DNA of 64,000 nucleotides from an uncultured Candidatus Bathyarchaeia archaeon. Lineage in GTDB: Archaea > Thermoproteota > CALKCG01 > B24. The notes under the pieces are model-generated. The model saw only the letters and a program-made list of their open reading frames with translations. It was not told the origin of the DNA and searched no databases. Position numbers and translations under genes: made by a program. Within the stretch, counting starts at the first letter, position 1. Every line of letters starts with the position of its first letter. Of this stretch, positions 48,980 through 59,648 are shown piece after piece. The DNA is taken from NCBI GenBank assembly GCA_964463005.1, contig CAYWZZ010000006.1, positions 4,236 through 68,235 on the forward strand, written 5' to 3'.

Positions 48980-50059
48980 CTAAGGTTTAACCACTACCTT
49001 TAAAGCACCATACTTTTCCTTGTTTAAAGCTATATGGAAGGCCTCTTCGATTTCAGTAAGCCGCAATACATGTGTTATGATGGGTTTAACCTTAACTCTG
49101 CCAGTTTTAAGTAAGTTTAAAGCCAAGTGGTATTCAGGATATAGATTATTGGAGGAGACCGTTAGAACCCGCTCGCCAGCTAGAAGCCGAAGGTCTAATT
49201 GAACGACTTCAGTAGAGACTGCCAGTAAAACCTGTACTCCTCCTCTAGCAAGCATTTTCAAACCCTGTAGAACGGTTTCAGGTGAGCCTACAGTGTTGAT
49301 CACGGCTTCAACGCCAAATCCGCCAGTTTTGGAAAGTACATAATCGACTACGTCTACTTTAGAAGAATTTACAACATAATCGGCATTAAGGCTCTCTGCT
49401 ACACTTAAAGGAGTATCCCATACATCTATACAGAAGGCTTCAGAAGCACCGAAAGCTTTAGCCGTCTGAAAAGCCATGAGACCTATAGGTCCCGAACCTA
49501 TAACTGCTACCCTATAGCCCGGTTTAATCCCAGCCCTATAAGAGGCGTGAACTGCAACGGCTAAACCATCTAATTGGGAGGCTTCTTCTGAGCTTACAGG
49601 CCAATCTAGCGTAACTGCCTTATCCTCCCATACTGTACAATATTCAGCCATACCTCCAGGTGAAGGGCTGAAACCCCAAGCTTCATCATGACCGATGTGT
49701 AAAACGTCTGCGCAAATGTTATGCCTCCCCTCATTGCAGAACCTACACCTACCACAGGCTTTATAGGCTATCACACCCACCCGTTCACCTATCCTATAGT
49801 TGAAACGCTCATCACCCGCATCTACAATGGTACCTGAGATTTCATGCCCCAATATCATGTCAGGCGGATTTGCCTTATCGACGCCTAATGTATGTAATGC
49901 CCAGGGATTTCTACCTTGGAAGTAGTGTATATCGCTTCCACATATACCGCATGCGTCAACTTTTATAAGGACTTCATCTGGTTTAGGCTCGGGTTTTGGA
50001 ACATCCATAAGCTCGATTTTAAACGGCCTCCTCAAAACGGCGGCGAGCAAACTATACAC
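48980..50059 (-). CDS. zinc-dependent alcohol/polyol dehydrogenase (MDR family)
   Basis: CGICGSDIHYF, GHEISGTIV, and the structural-zinc cluster CGRCRFCNEGRHNIC. Confidence 0.8.
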   Translation of the reverse strand: MYSLLAAVLRRPFKIELMDVPKPEPKPDEVLIKVDACGICGSDIHYFQGRNPWALHTLGVDKANPPDMILGHEISGTIVDAGDERFNYRIGERVGVIAYKACGRCRFCNEGRHNICADVLHIGHDEAWGFSPSPGGMAEYCTVWEDKAVTLDWPVSSEEASQLDGLAVAVHASYRAGIKPGYRVAVIGSGPIGLMAFQTAKAFGASEAFCIDVWDTPLSVAESLNADYVVNSSKVDVVDYVLSKTGGFGVEAVINTVGSPETVLQGLKMLARGGVQVLLAVSTEVVQLDLRLLAGERVLTVSSNNLYPEYHLALNLLKTGRVKVKPIITHVLRLTEIEEAFHIALNKEKYGALKVVVKP

Positions 50060-50168
50060 CCAAACAAAATAGTTGATATTAGAATTTAATTTTATCTTTA
50101 AGGAAGTTATTTCTCAATGAAATGTTACATATAATGGGTGGGAAGGCTTAACTGCGTGAGAAGTCTAG

Positions 50169-50975
50169 TTATAGTTTAATGCACATACGGTCATAGGCTG
50201 GGATGATATCATACGGCTTAAGTTTCTCTTCAAGTTCATGATGTAGAAGTTCACCATTATGTGAAAAATGAGTAGCTATGAAAATGGTGTCCCCGTTTGC
50301 TATACCCTCATTAATCATACGGTTTCTAGCTTTAACCATCGTCTCAACACCCATGTGGTAGTTTACGCAGTTTTTGATTATGCATGTGCAATCCATTATG
50401 ATCAGGGAAAACTTTCTACGTTTAAGTGCTTTCCAAGTCTCATCGGGATACCAGCCTGAGTCATGCCCATAGAAAACGGAAACGTCACCAGTGGATATTA
50501 CATAGAGTAAACACTCCTCAGAATGTACGTGGTTAGCAAGTAAAGCTTCAACTTCATAGTAGTCGAGCTTTAAAGGTTTAAAGGGTTTAACGATTTCAGG
50601 CGATACGGCTTCGGGATGAGCCACTTTAATCGTTTTCTCGTAGACGATTTCATTACCATAAACTTTCAACGGGACTCCGTGTTTAACATAAGCAAATGGA
50701 CTTCTTCTAGTCTCAAGGTCATCAGCGTAGAAGTGGTCTCTATGAGAATGTGTCACCAAGAGAAATTTTAATGCTCCCAAATCCAACCCGTACTTTAATA
50801 CGTGCATGTATGTATCTGGGGGAAAATCTACTTTAAGATAATCATTAAATAGAACTGAAGCACGAGACCGTAGGTTTTTGCCGCCAATCTCTCTGGCTTT
50901 GATACAGTATTGGCATTGGCAGAAAACGGCTGGCCAACCCTCAGATACAGCTGTTCCAAGAAACATAACCCTCAA
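50169..50975 (-). CDS. MBL-fold metallo-hydrolase (PhnP/RNase Z-like)
   Basis: LLVTHSHRDHF, with an N-terminal CQCQYC motif. Confidence 0.6.
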   Translation of the reverse strand: MRVMFLGTAVSEGWPAVFCQCQYCIKAREIGGKNLRSRASVLFNDYLKVDFPPDTYMHVLKYGLDLGALKFLLVTHSHRDHFYADDLETRRSPFAYVKHGVPLKVYGNEIVYEKTIKVAHPEAVSPEIVKPFKPLKLDYYEVEALLANHVHSEECLLYVISTGDVSVFYGHDSGWYPDETWKALKRRKFSLIIMDCTCIIKNCVNYHMGVETMVKARNRMINEGIANGDTIFIATHFSHNGELLHHELEEKLKPYDIIPAYDRMCIKL

Positions 50976-51043
50976 GTTAGGTCTAAAGTTGAGAGATAGT
51001 TACAACTATTTTAAAGTTAAACTATTTCTGACATCATAATATA

Positions 51044-52193
51044 TCATAAGTAGTTTAATCCATAATTAAAAGATGGTATTGGAAACGCTTTTCTAAACGC
51101 TTTAGGGATCGATGTATAGTCGAACTCAATAGTATCTTGATTGTGGACGGTCTCAGGTCTACCGAATACAAGCGTAGTAAATGCTTTAGGATCTCTAAGT
51201 CTTGCACACTCCCCAAACATGTAAACTTCAAGCCCACCGTCATTATGAGTAACAACTTTAAAATTGGCTTTAACGCCAAGCCTCTCCTCAATATAGGGTC
51301 GTATTTTATTCGCGAAAATAGCTGGATTTAATATGGCTAGGCTTGCAGGAGCTTGAGAAATTTTAGGTTTTAAACCTGAGCCTTCTAAAAGAGTTATGAG
51401 CTCCCAGTCTCCATATGGAATAGGAAATCTAACGTACTCAACTTTAAGGTCTTTAGATGCATCGTAGAGCGTTTTAAGAACGTCAATTCTAGATCCTGCA
51501 TACTCAACAACCGTTAAATTGTTAAAAAATCCTTTAACGAGCGCCACATAGGAAGTTGGTTTATTCATTCTATACGACACGGATATACTTAATGCCTCAA
51601 CTTCAGCTAAAAAGACTCTATCCGCAAACAACTTAAACTCTTCAAAGCTTCTCCTAAACCTGATGGGCTCCCTTTGATATAGTTCAATTAAATCTGAAGT
51701 TTTATCCTCACTGTAAGATTCGACTTTCAATTCGTCCAAACTTGTAGCCAAGTCTTTAAGCGTATTGAGTGGAACATAGTAGTTGTAGATTATGCCAGCC
51801 TCTACGCAACCAGCTCTACTGTAAAGCGACCTAGCACCTGAAACCATGACGAAGTCCACATGGTCTCTGTATAACTTTGCAAAAGCATCTTTAACCAAGG
51901 ATGAGGCATAACCCTTCATCCTGTAGTCTGGGTGAGTACACACGCATCCAATAAGACCTACTTTAAGCCAAATACCGTAAAAGTGAAGCCACCCCTCCCA
52001 GATGGCTAGGTGAGAGACTACTTTTCCATCAGATACAATGACTCTTAAATTTTCAATATTCTCTTCACAGAGGACGTGGGGGGAAAACCTTATCCAAGTA
52101 GACGCTGTGCTTTTTAAACCCAAAGATCCAACTCGTAAGCTCAACTATCTGTGGAAGCTCCTCTACTCTAGCGGCTCTAGGGCCTTCGATCAT
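51044..52193 (-). pseudogene. GNAT-family (Eis-like) acetyltransferase with a +1 shift at the G6 run 52079-52084
   Basis: The N-terminus MIEGPRAARVEELPQIVELTSWIFGFKKHSVYLDKVFP, from ATG 52193, is in a different frame from the ORF 51044..52144 (..HVLCEENIENLRVIV..THPDYRMKGYASSLV). Removing one G joins them. Confidence 0.45.
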
Positions 52194-52359
52194 AGCCTAC
52201 ATCCTAAGACTCAACAATACTCCCACCTAGTATTTAAATTTCAAAGCCTCAACGTAATGGCGCGTTGGAAAGTTAGAGCCTATTAAATACCCGTAACATC
52301 CAATGCTCTTAAAATCCGTAGACGGTTTAAGCCTAATAAGACCTAAGTCTATTGACCAT

Positions 52360-52899
52360 TTAACCCAAACCTCTTATGTGTAGGACTATATGAGCCGCCT
52401 CTGGAATTATGAGACGTTCAAAGGCCAGTTTAACAGCTTTAGACGAACCCGGTAGAATGAATACAGCTTTTCCCTTACAGACTCCTGCTGTAGCCCTCGA
52501 CAATAGGGCTATTGACCCTTCTTCTTGGAACGTTAAAATGCGGAAGATTTCTCCAAATCCAGGGATTTCTTTTTCAAACATAGGTTTAACTACATCAACC
52601 GTCAAATCCTTCGGCGTTAAACCTGTACCTCCAGATAAGACTATTACGTCTACATCCGGCTTAGAACATAGCTCTTCAACGATTCGTCTGATTGTAGTAG
52701 GATCATCTGAGACGAGGGTTCTATAGGATATGGAGAAACCAGCTGATTTAACCATCTGTTCAGCTAGGTCTCCAGATTCATCTTTAAAGGGTTTGCCTTG
52801 TTTAAGGGATTCAAACCTAGAGCTACTACAGGTGACTAGAGCAAACCTGATCTTTTTAGGAGCTTTAAGTTTATGCTCTTCTGAACTCATCAAAAACAC
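52360..52899 (-). CDS. moaB: molybdenum cofactor biosynthesis protein MoaB/MogA
   Basis: FALVTCSSSR.....DESGD ... VIVLSGGTGLTPKDLT. Confidence 0.8.
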   Translation of the reverse strand: MFLMSSEEHKLKAPKKIRFALVTCSSSRFESLKQGKPFKDESGDLAEQMVKSAGFSISYRTLVSDDPTTIRRIVEELCSKPDVDVIVLSGGTGLTPKDLTVDVVKPMFEKEIPGFGEIFRILTFQEEGSIALLSRATAGVCKGKAVFILPGSSKAVKLAFERLIIPEAAHIVLHIRGLG

Positions 52900-53010
52900 T
52901 TTAGAGCATAGTGTGTCATAAACTTTTGGAGCTTACGTCAATTGTTCAACAACTATGCTATTGTCTAAAAGTTAAATGAAAGTTGAGGTAAGAGTAAATC
53001 TAGATTATGC

Positions 53011-53541
53011 ATGTCAACCGAAGGATGGGTTATGTGGATCACAGGTCTGCCGTCTAGTGGGAAATCCACACTAGCTAACGGTGTTGTTCAGAAGCTTAAA
53101 GTGATGGGTTTAAACGTTGAAGTGTTGGAATCTGACGAGCTTAGAAAAATTTTAACACCTAAACCAGTCTATAGTGAGGAGGAGAGAGACTGGTTTTATA
53201 GCGTTATAGTTTACATAGCTAAATTGCTCGCTAGAAACGGTGTTAACGTGATTATAGATGCTACTGGCAATAAGAGGACTTACAGGGATAACGCTAGAAA
53301 ACAAATACCGAAGTTTTTAGAGGTTTACGTTAAATGTCCTTTAGACGTTTGTATGAAGAGAGACTCTAAAGGACTCTATAAGAAGACCTTGCAAGGCGTC
53401 GTCAAAACCTTGCCGGGGGTTCAGACATTCTATGAAGAACCTCTAAAACCCGAAGTAACGGTTGAAACCGATAGACTGACCGTACATGAGTCCGTTGAAC
53501 TAGTGCTAGATAAGCTTAGGGAGATGGGTTACATAAGTTAG
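53011..53541 (+). CDS. adenylyl-sulfate (APS) kinase-like P-loop kinase
   Basis: The P-loop ITGLPSSGKSTLA, then LESDELRKIL (where CysC has LDGDNVR), and CMKRDSKGLYKK matching the C-terminal RDPKGLYKK. Confidence 0.65.
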   Translation: MSTEGWVMWITGLPSSGKSTLANGVVQKLKVMGLNVEVLESDELRKILTPKPVYSEEERDWFYSVIVYIAKLLARNGVNVIIDATGNKRTYRDNARKQIPKFLEVYVKCPLDVCMKRDSKGLYKKTLQGVVKTLPGVQTFYEEPLKPEVTVETDRLTVHESVELVLDKLREMGYIS

Positions 53542-53751
53542 ACTATATTATTTTTCCAAGGTATCCTAGGCTTGTTTAAGATAAGCCGGCTGAAGCATTT
53601 AATCAAGAGGCCTTTATTGAAATAGAGGTTTCATAGATGGGCGACTGAGCCATCACTCAATTTACCTTACTAGTCTGATTAACTATCTTCAGTAATAAAG
53701 TAAAATAAAGTAAAAAAAAGTAAAAATAGGTGAATTGTTTGAAAACTCATT

Positions 53752-54666
53752 GTGAAAAACTCTAATGGTAAAGCACTTTTAGCCGTCTTTCTCATAGTGA
53801 GCGTTGTTTTAAACGTTTATCTAGCGGTAATGATCGTAAACTTCAAGTCCTATATTGCAAGACTTGAAAAAGAGCTTAACAATCTTGCTACTCAAAATGA
53901 AAACCTATCTAGGGAAGTTCAAAACCTTAGAAACATTTTAGATATCACTAGGAGACAACTTGAATATTACAAAAACCAAACGTATTATCAAGGTCCCGTC
54001 TCCACCGGAGGTTTAATCGGAGAGGCGGACGTAAACATAGTCGCCGTTAAAGTGGTCTATAAAGACTTCTTCACGGCGTACTATGAGGGTGTGACGCTTA
54101 AAGCTGAAATTGAGCTTAGGGATGGGAAGGGGCGAATATTGGTCAATACAGAGCCTAGAATAGGTATAGATCTTCAGACGAGTACCCGTATAGCAGTGGC
54201 AGTGGCTGAAGCATATACCGGGTTGAATTTAACGGCTGTAGATGTTATAGTTACGATTAAAGGTGAGGAAGAGGTGGAAGTTGTAGACGGACCGAGTGCC
54301 GGATTACCTATAACGGTAGCTATTATAGCCGCCCTTAGACATGAAGACATTTCAAATAGAGTCTACGCTACCGGAACTATAAATCCAGATGGTTCCATAG
54401 GGGCGGTTGGAGGTATAGCTGAAAAAGCTTTAGCGGTTGCTAAGAAGGGGGCTAAACTCTTCATAGTGCCGAGGGGACAGAGTAGAATAGTCATCTACGA
54501 AAGGAAAGAGGAGGAGATTCTACCAGGTTTCAAGATAATTCGCTATGTGCCTAAAGAAGTATCGTTAAAAGATTATCTTAAAAGCCAAGGATTCGACGTA
54601 GAGGTTTTCGAAGTATCAAATATAGTAGAAGCCTACAAGCTCTATACAACTAGAAGCCCAACTTAA
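53752..54666 (+). CDS. membrane-anchored S16 (Lon-like) peptidase domain protein
   Basis: N-terminal TM helix plus coiled coil. DGPSAGLPITVAII carries the catalytic Ser. GGIAEKALAVAKKGAK carries the catalytic Lys. Confidence 0.7.
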   Translation: MKNSNGKALLAVFLIVSVVLNVYLAVMIVNFKSYIARLEKELNNLATQNENLSREVQNLRNILDITRRQLEYYKNQTYYQGPVSTGGLIGEADVNIVAVKVVYKDFFTAYYEGVTLKAEIELRDGKGRILVNTEPRIGIDLQTSTRIAVAVAEAYTGLNLTAVDVIVTIKGEEEVEVVDGPSAGLPITVAIIAALRHEDISNRVYATGTINPDGSIGAVGGIAEKALAVAKKGAKLFIVPRGQSRIVIYERKEEEILPGFKIIRYVPKEVSLKDYLKSQGFDVEVFEVSNIVEAYKLYTTRSPT

Positions 54667-54892
54667 ATACTGCTTTTTAACGGCTAATAATGTAGGCTTT
54701 TTGCTTCAATTGTTAATTTTTCCACGATTTCGCTATGGAAATTTTCCATGAAATAGCTCCAATTTATTCATTTGAACTGGTAGTTTAACGGCTTAAATAG
54801 ATTGCTACATCTAACTAACGTCTTATTTTACAAGCTTCCTACGCGGCTTGTTAGGGTAAAGGTTTATACCTACTAAGATGTAGTAATTTTAG

Positions 54893-55132
54893 GTGGTCTT
54901 TATGAGTAGTTATATAACGGTCTCTACAAAAGTCAGGAAAGAACTCGTTGAAAGGGCTCGGGCTTTAGGCGTGAACATTTCTGAGGTCTTGAGGAAGTCT
55001 CTTGAGGAGTGGGTTATGAAGAGAGAGTTAGAGGAGTTGGAGAAGAAACTGAAGGAGATGAGCGAAACTCTTGAGAAGATAGATTTAGATGAAGTTACGA
55101 GAATTATAAGGGAGGATCGGGAGACTAGGTGA
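54893..55132 (+). CDS. vapB: VapB-like ribbon-helix-helix antitoxin
   Basis: 79 aa; ISEVLRKSLEEWV is an RHH-like N-terminal motif. Overlaps the downstream PIN gene by 4 nt. Confidence 0.55.
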   Translation: MVFMSSYITVSTKVRKELVERARALGVNISEVLRKSLEEWVMKRELEELEKKLKEMSETLEKIDLDEVTRIIREDRETR

Positions 55133-55539
55133 GACTTTTGACCTATCTATTCGACGCATCCTCTATAATTCTCGCTATGAAGCTTAAGAAGATCAGTGTT
55201 CTGGCGGGGAATTATATACAAAGTTTAACCATATATGAAGTATTGAATGCCTTGTGGAAGGAATCAAACGTCTTAAAAAAGATAAGTAGTAGGGAGGCAG
55301 AGAATCTAGTAGACGTATTCGCTCAGCTTCTAAGATATCTGAACACCATAGATGTCAAGGGAATAGAGGGTAGAGTGTTTAGAACAGCTATGGAAACAGG
55401 CTTAACAGTATATGATGCCTCCTACCTCGTCTTAGCGCAGAGAGAAAACCTTACTCTAGTAACTGAAGATGCTAAGCTGAGAAAAATGGCAGGCGAAACT
55501 GTAGAGGCAGTAAGCCTCATAAAGTTGATTCAACCATAA
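55129..55539 (+). CDS. vapC: VapC PIN-domain toxin
   Basis: The PIN acidic residues lie in YLFDASSII, TVYDASYLVLA and LVTEDAKL. Confidence 0.75.
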   Translation: MRLLTYLFDASSIILAMKLKKISVLAGNYIQSLTIYEVLNALWKESNVLKKISSREAENLVDVFAQLLRYLNTIDVKGIEGRVFRTAMETGLTVYDASYLVLAQRENLTLVTEDAKLRKMAGETVEAVSLIKLIQP

Positions 55540-55985
55540 AACAGGGCTCAATAGAGAATGTGCAGTAAGGGTTGGGATGTATATGAAGCGTAACAGCTAA
55601 GCTATGCAAGCTGTATTTCTAAGTAAATGTTTGAAAGCCAGCTCCGGTATTTATGGTTAGTTTAACGATGAAAAAGTGGGTATTTTATTGCGATTTGAAG
55701 CGTCTTCCTCTGTATTTTTCCCACAGCTTTAAAATATGTTTCTACTGATAGTTATCTGATGTCGACCCCAACGTGTTTATAAAATATCTTGAGCTCAGTT
55801 CGGGTTCTGGGTTAAGTAGGGGATTCGTAGCGTTTCATCCCCTATTCAACCCTCAATTACTCCATCGAGGAATCTTTGGGGACAGGCTTCCACATCTGAA
55901 GGTTTAATACCGCTACGACTTCTCCGTTCATTGCTACGTTGCATCTTCCCATTGCTGTTGGAGTTTTTGTGAGCGGAGGCTTTTA

Positions 55986-57524
55986 TTACATGCTTTCAGC
56001 CGTGGATAGTTCGGCTAGTATTTTGAAGCATTCCCTGTAGTGTTCATACACCTTTTGGTATGCTTTAATTAGTTTAGCGTATTCACTATGAGCCTTTGGA
56101 TTTGGATTATAGGTTTTAGATATTCTAACCATTTTAGCTACCGCTGTTTTGAAGTCCGCGTATACTTTTACGCCTACACTGGCGAGTATACAGGACCCTA
56201 GAGCTGCAGCATCGAGCACTTCAGGAACGTGTAGACTCATACCTAGAACGTCGGTCTTTATCTGATTCCATAGGTTGCTCTTAGCTTCACCACCAGTCAT
56301 GGTAATTCTTCTAACATCTACTCCAAGTCCTCTAACAAGCTGTAGGGTTTCAGAATATTGAAAAGCAACACCTTCGAGTATTGCTCTTATAAAGTCAGAT
56401 TTTCTATGGGCGTGTGTAAACCCTATGAACGCTGACCTAGCTAAGGGGTCAAATTTAGGAGCTCTAGCACCCCATAGGTATGGATAGTAGAAGAGGCCTC
56501 CGGCTCCTGGAGACACATTTGCTGCAATTCTATCGAAAAGCACGTAAGGCGATATGTTCTCCTCCCTAGCCTTATATGCCTCCTCATAGCCGAAGTTATC
56601 TCTAAACCACCTTAAAGATTCACCTGTAGCATTTATTATTACTTCATACTCCCACGTACTCGGTACAACGTGGCAACAACAGTCAATCAAGCCTTTAGGG
56701 TCAGGCTTAGCCTTGGATAAGGGGACTTCAAAAACAGTTCCAGTACCGGTACCTATATTTACATCGCCTTCCACATACACACCTACACCTAACGCCTCAC
56801 AGGGGCGGTCTCCACCGCCAGAGACGATCGGGACTCCTAGCGGTAGGCCTGTCTGCTCGGAAGCGCTACTGCCGACTTCACCTACCACCTCCCAAGACCC
56901 CTTAACCTCTGGAAGTATATCCATGGGTATTTCTAAGGATTCGCATATTTCGTCAGACCATTTAAGTTTATGGATATCGAATAACATCGTACGCGAAGCC
57001 ATACTGCGATCAGTTGTCTTAGTCCCACATAGCTTAAACGCTATGTAGTCTTTAGCGAATAGAATGACGTTTATTTTTTGAAATACATTTGACAAATTTT
57101 CCTTAAGCCATAGAAGCTTCGCGGCTGAGAAAATATGATCGACTGGAACGCCGGCTATTTTTAGAACTCTCTCCGGGGAGATCAGCTTTTCAATCTCATC
57201 TTTTTGCGGGATAGCCCTCATATCTAGCCATATTATGCTATTGTAAAGTTTTTCTCCAGTTTTATCTATTGGGACAAACGCTTCTCTTTGAGAAGTTAAG
57301 CCGATGCCGATTATATTCTCAGACGGTATTTTAGAAGTGATCTTTTTCAAAGCAAGTTTAGTCGCCTTCCACCATTCTTCAGGGTCTTGTTCAGCCCAGT
57401 TCATTTGAGGATGGTAGACTCGATACTCTTCAAACGCTTCTGCGACTATACGACCGTTAACGTCGAATGCTACCGTTTTACAGCCGCCAGTACCAATATC
57501 CAATCCAATTATGATTTGGCTCAT
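55986..57524 (-). CDS. FGGY-family carbohydrate kinase (xylulokinase/ribulokinase/glycerol-kinase-like)
   Basis: MSQIIIGLDIGTGGCKTV at the N-terminus and the two-domain FGGY layout; 512 aa. Confidence 0.85.
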   Translation of the reverse strand: MSQIIIGLDIGTGGCKTVAFDVNGRIVAEAFEEYRVYHPQMNWAEQDPEEWWKATKLALKKITSKIPSENIIGIGLTSQREAFVPIDKTGEKLYNSIIWLDMRAIPQKDEIEKLISPERVLKIAGVPVDHIFSAAKLLWLKENLSNVFQKINVILFAKDYIAFKLCGTKTTDRSMASRTMLFDIHKLKWSDEICESLEIPMDILPEVKGSWEVVGEVGSSASEQTGLPLGVPIVSGGGDRPCEALGVGVYVEGDVNIGTGTGTVFEVPLSKAKPDPKGLIDCCCHVVPSTWEYEVIINATGESLRWFRDNFGYEEAYKAREENISPYVLFDRIAANVSPGAGGLFYYPYLWGARAPKFDPLARSAFIGFTHAHRKSDFIRAILEGVAFQYSETLQLVRGLGVDVRRITMTGGEAKSNLWNQIKTDVLGMSLHVPEVLDAAALGSCILASVGVKVYADFKTAVAKMVRISKTYNPNPKAHSEYAKLIKAYQKVYEHYRECFKILAELSTAESM

Positions 57525-57590
57525 ACCACTTTAATCATAATTAGGTTACTGAAAAGATAAGGCTTCGCTCTTCGACTACCATGGGTTGCG

Positions 57591-59615
57591 CTAGTCTTTA
57601 AAGTAGAGTATTTCAACATCATGTGGGTTAAGCGTAAGCTTTACGGTTTTACCTTCTACATGAAAATCTCTGAGGAGACTTTTGACATCTAAGACGCCGC
57701 CGAAGTCTAATTCTACTGTTTTACTCCTCGGATCATGGTTTATCAGGAACAGTACTCTGTAATCACGGCCTTTCTTAGACACTAGTTCAACTGGTTCACC
57801 TCTAAGTCCAACGGGAGGTTTAACAAACCCTCTTTCAACGATTTTACCAGCTATAAGTTCAGACGCATCTTGAGTTAGAAAGCAACCAATGTATACAGCG
57901 TAACCCTTACCATAACGGTTGACTGTTAGACCGGGCTTTCCTTTAAACCACTCATAATCATGAACCCCTAAGACTTGGGCGGACGTTACAGTCAACTCTT
58001 CCAGCCAACTTGAGGCAGATATCAACCCATACTGAGTGGATATCTTAGCCTCTCTTCCAGGTGGAATTGAGGTATAATCTGTCACCCGTAGACCGAATAA
58101 ATCTTTAAGTTCACCTGGAAGACCGTTTGAATATACCTGGTTGAACTCGTCCTTAACTGAGGTCCTAGCCGTCGCTATGAGTAAGCCTCCGCCCTCTACG
58201 TAGCTTTTAAGCTTTTCAATAAGACTTTTACTCGTTAAGTATAGGAATGGAGCTAACAATACTCGGTATTTTGTAAATTCTCCATCTGGAGGTACTACAT
58301 CTACATTTACGCCTTGACTCCAGAAGCCCTTATATGCGTTTAGCACCTGTTCATGATAGCTTGTAGTGTAATACTTATCTTCGATTAATGTAGCCCAGAG
58401 AGAATCATATGAAAATATAAGCCCAACTTCACTCTCATATTTAGCATCGACTAAGACTTCGCCGATTTTCCTCAGCTCTTCACCAACTTTCTTCACCTCC
58501 AGATATCTACGATTCACTTCACCATCGTGGTTTAAAATGCCGTGCCAATACTGCTCTTTGCCAAAGCATACCGTTCGATATCTAAAGTAAACGACGCCTT
58601 CAGCTCCATGGGCAATCGACTGATAGAGCCATTTCCTCAGTTCACCTGGATCAGGCGTCACACCTATCGGATTTCCAGCATAACCATCAGTTGGCCCAGC
58701 CTGAAGCTCCATGACCCAAAAGTTTCCCGCACCCATGCATCTAGTAGCGTCGTGAAGTAGGGATATCCAGGCGGGGTCGTAATGTGGTCTAGCAAACTTT
58801 GGATAGCAATCCCACGATGGGAAGTCTAAGTTTTTACTGAGATCGTAGTAGTCTATGCCTGGGAAAAGCCCCATGAGGTTTGTCGTCACCCTCTTATCAG
58901 GGCTTATAGACTTCAGTATATGCACCTGTATTTTGAGGAAATTCACAAAAGACTCTGACCTAAACTTAAACCAGTCTAAGCTTAGTCCCCGGTTACATTC
59001 ATCGAATGGTGGATTGGGGGGATGTATTTCATCCCAATCACTATACTCATGGCTCCAAAATATTGTTCCATAGGCTTTATTGAGTTCGTTTATAGATCCA
59101 TACTTGTCTCTAAGCCAATTTCTGAAAAGTGTAATGCAGTGTTCACAGTAACAGTATTCGTTGCCAAGAGACAGTTCATTATCTATCTGATACCCTATGA
59201 CGTTTGGATTATCCCTGTAGTGTTCAGCCATGGCTTTTACGATTCTTTCAGAAGCTTTAATGTAGTTTGGATTATTTGGACAGTAGTGTCTTCTAGCGAC
59301 AGGGGGCATCCTATAGCCTTTAAAGCTCACTGGCAAAATATCTGGGTGGTTTTTTACAAGCCAAGGCGGAGGAGTTGCTGTTGGAGTACCCAATATCGCT
59401 TTAACGCCTTTAGTTGATAAAAGTTCTATAACATCGTCAAGCCACTGGAAGTTGAACTTACCTGGTGAAGGTTCAAGTCTACACCATGCAAATTCTGCAA
59501 GCCTAACAACATTGAATCCAGCTCCACTGATGAGGCTGGCGTCTAAAACTCTTCTTTCAACAGGCCAGTGTTCAGGGTAATAGTCTACGCCGAACCATAG
59601 TTTAACATCGCTCAT
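57591..59615 (-). CDS. GH42 beta-galactosidase
   Basis: WFGVDYYPEHWP N-terminus. NEYCYCEHC zinc-site cluster. Trimerisation domain. 674 aa. Confidence 0.85.
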   Translation of the reverse strand: MSDVKLWFGVDYYPEHWPVERRVLDASLISGAGFNVVRLAEFAWCRLEPSPGKFNFQWLDDVIELLSTKGVKAILGTPTATPPPWLVKNHPDILPVSFKGYRMPPVARRHYCPNNPNYIKASERIVKAMAEHYRDNPNVIGYQIDNELSLGNEYCYCEHCITLFRNWLRDKYGSINELNKAYGTIFWSHEYSDWDEIHPPNPPFDECNRGLSLDWFKFRSESFVNFLKIQVHILKSISPDKRVTTNLMGLFPGIDYYDLSKNLDFPSWDCYPKFARPHYDPAWISLLHDATRCMGAGNFWVMELQAGPTDGYAGNPIGVTPDPGELRKWLYQSIAHGAEGVVYFRYRTVCFGKEQYWHGILNHDGEVNRRYLEVKKVGEELRKIGEVLVDAKYESEVGLIFSYDSLWATLIEDKYYTTSYHEQVLNAYKGFWSQGVNVDVVPPDGEFTKYRVLLAPFLYLTSKSLIEKLKSYVEGGGLLIATARTSVKDEFNQVYSNGLPGELKDLFGLRVTDYTSIPPGREAKISTQYGLISASSWLEELTVTSAQVLGVHDYEWFKGKPGLTVNRYGKGYAVYIGCFLTQDASELIAGKIVERGFVKPPVGLRGEPVELVSKKGRDYRVLFLINHDPRSKTVELDFGGVLDVKSLLRDFHVEGKTVKLTLNPHDVEILYFKD

Positions 59616-59648
59616 AATTCACATCTCTTGATGAGAGAGCAATAAGCG

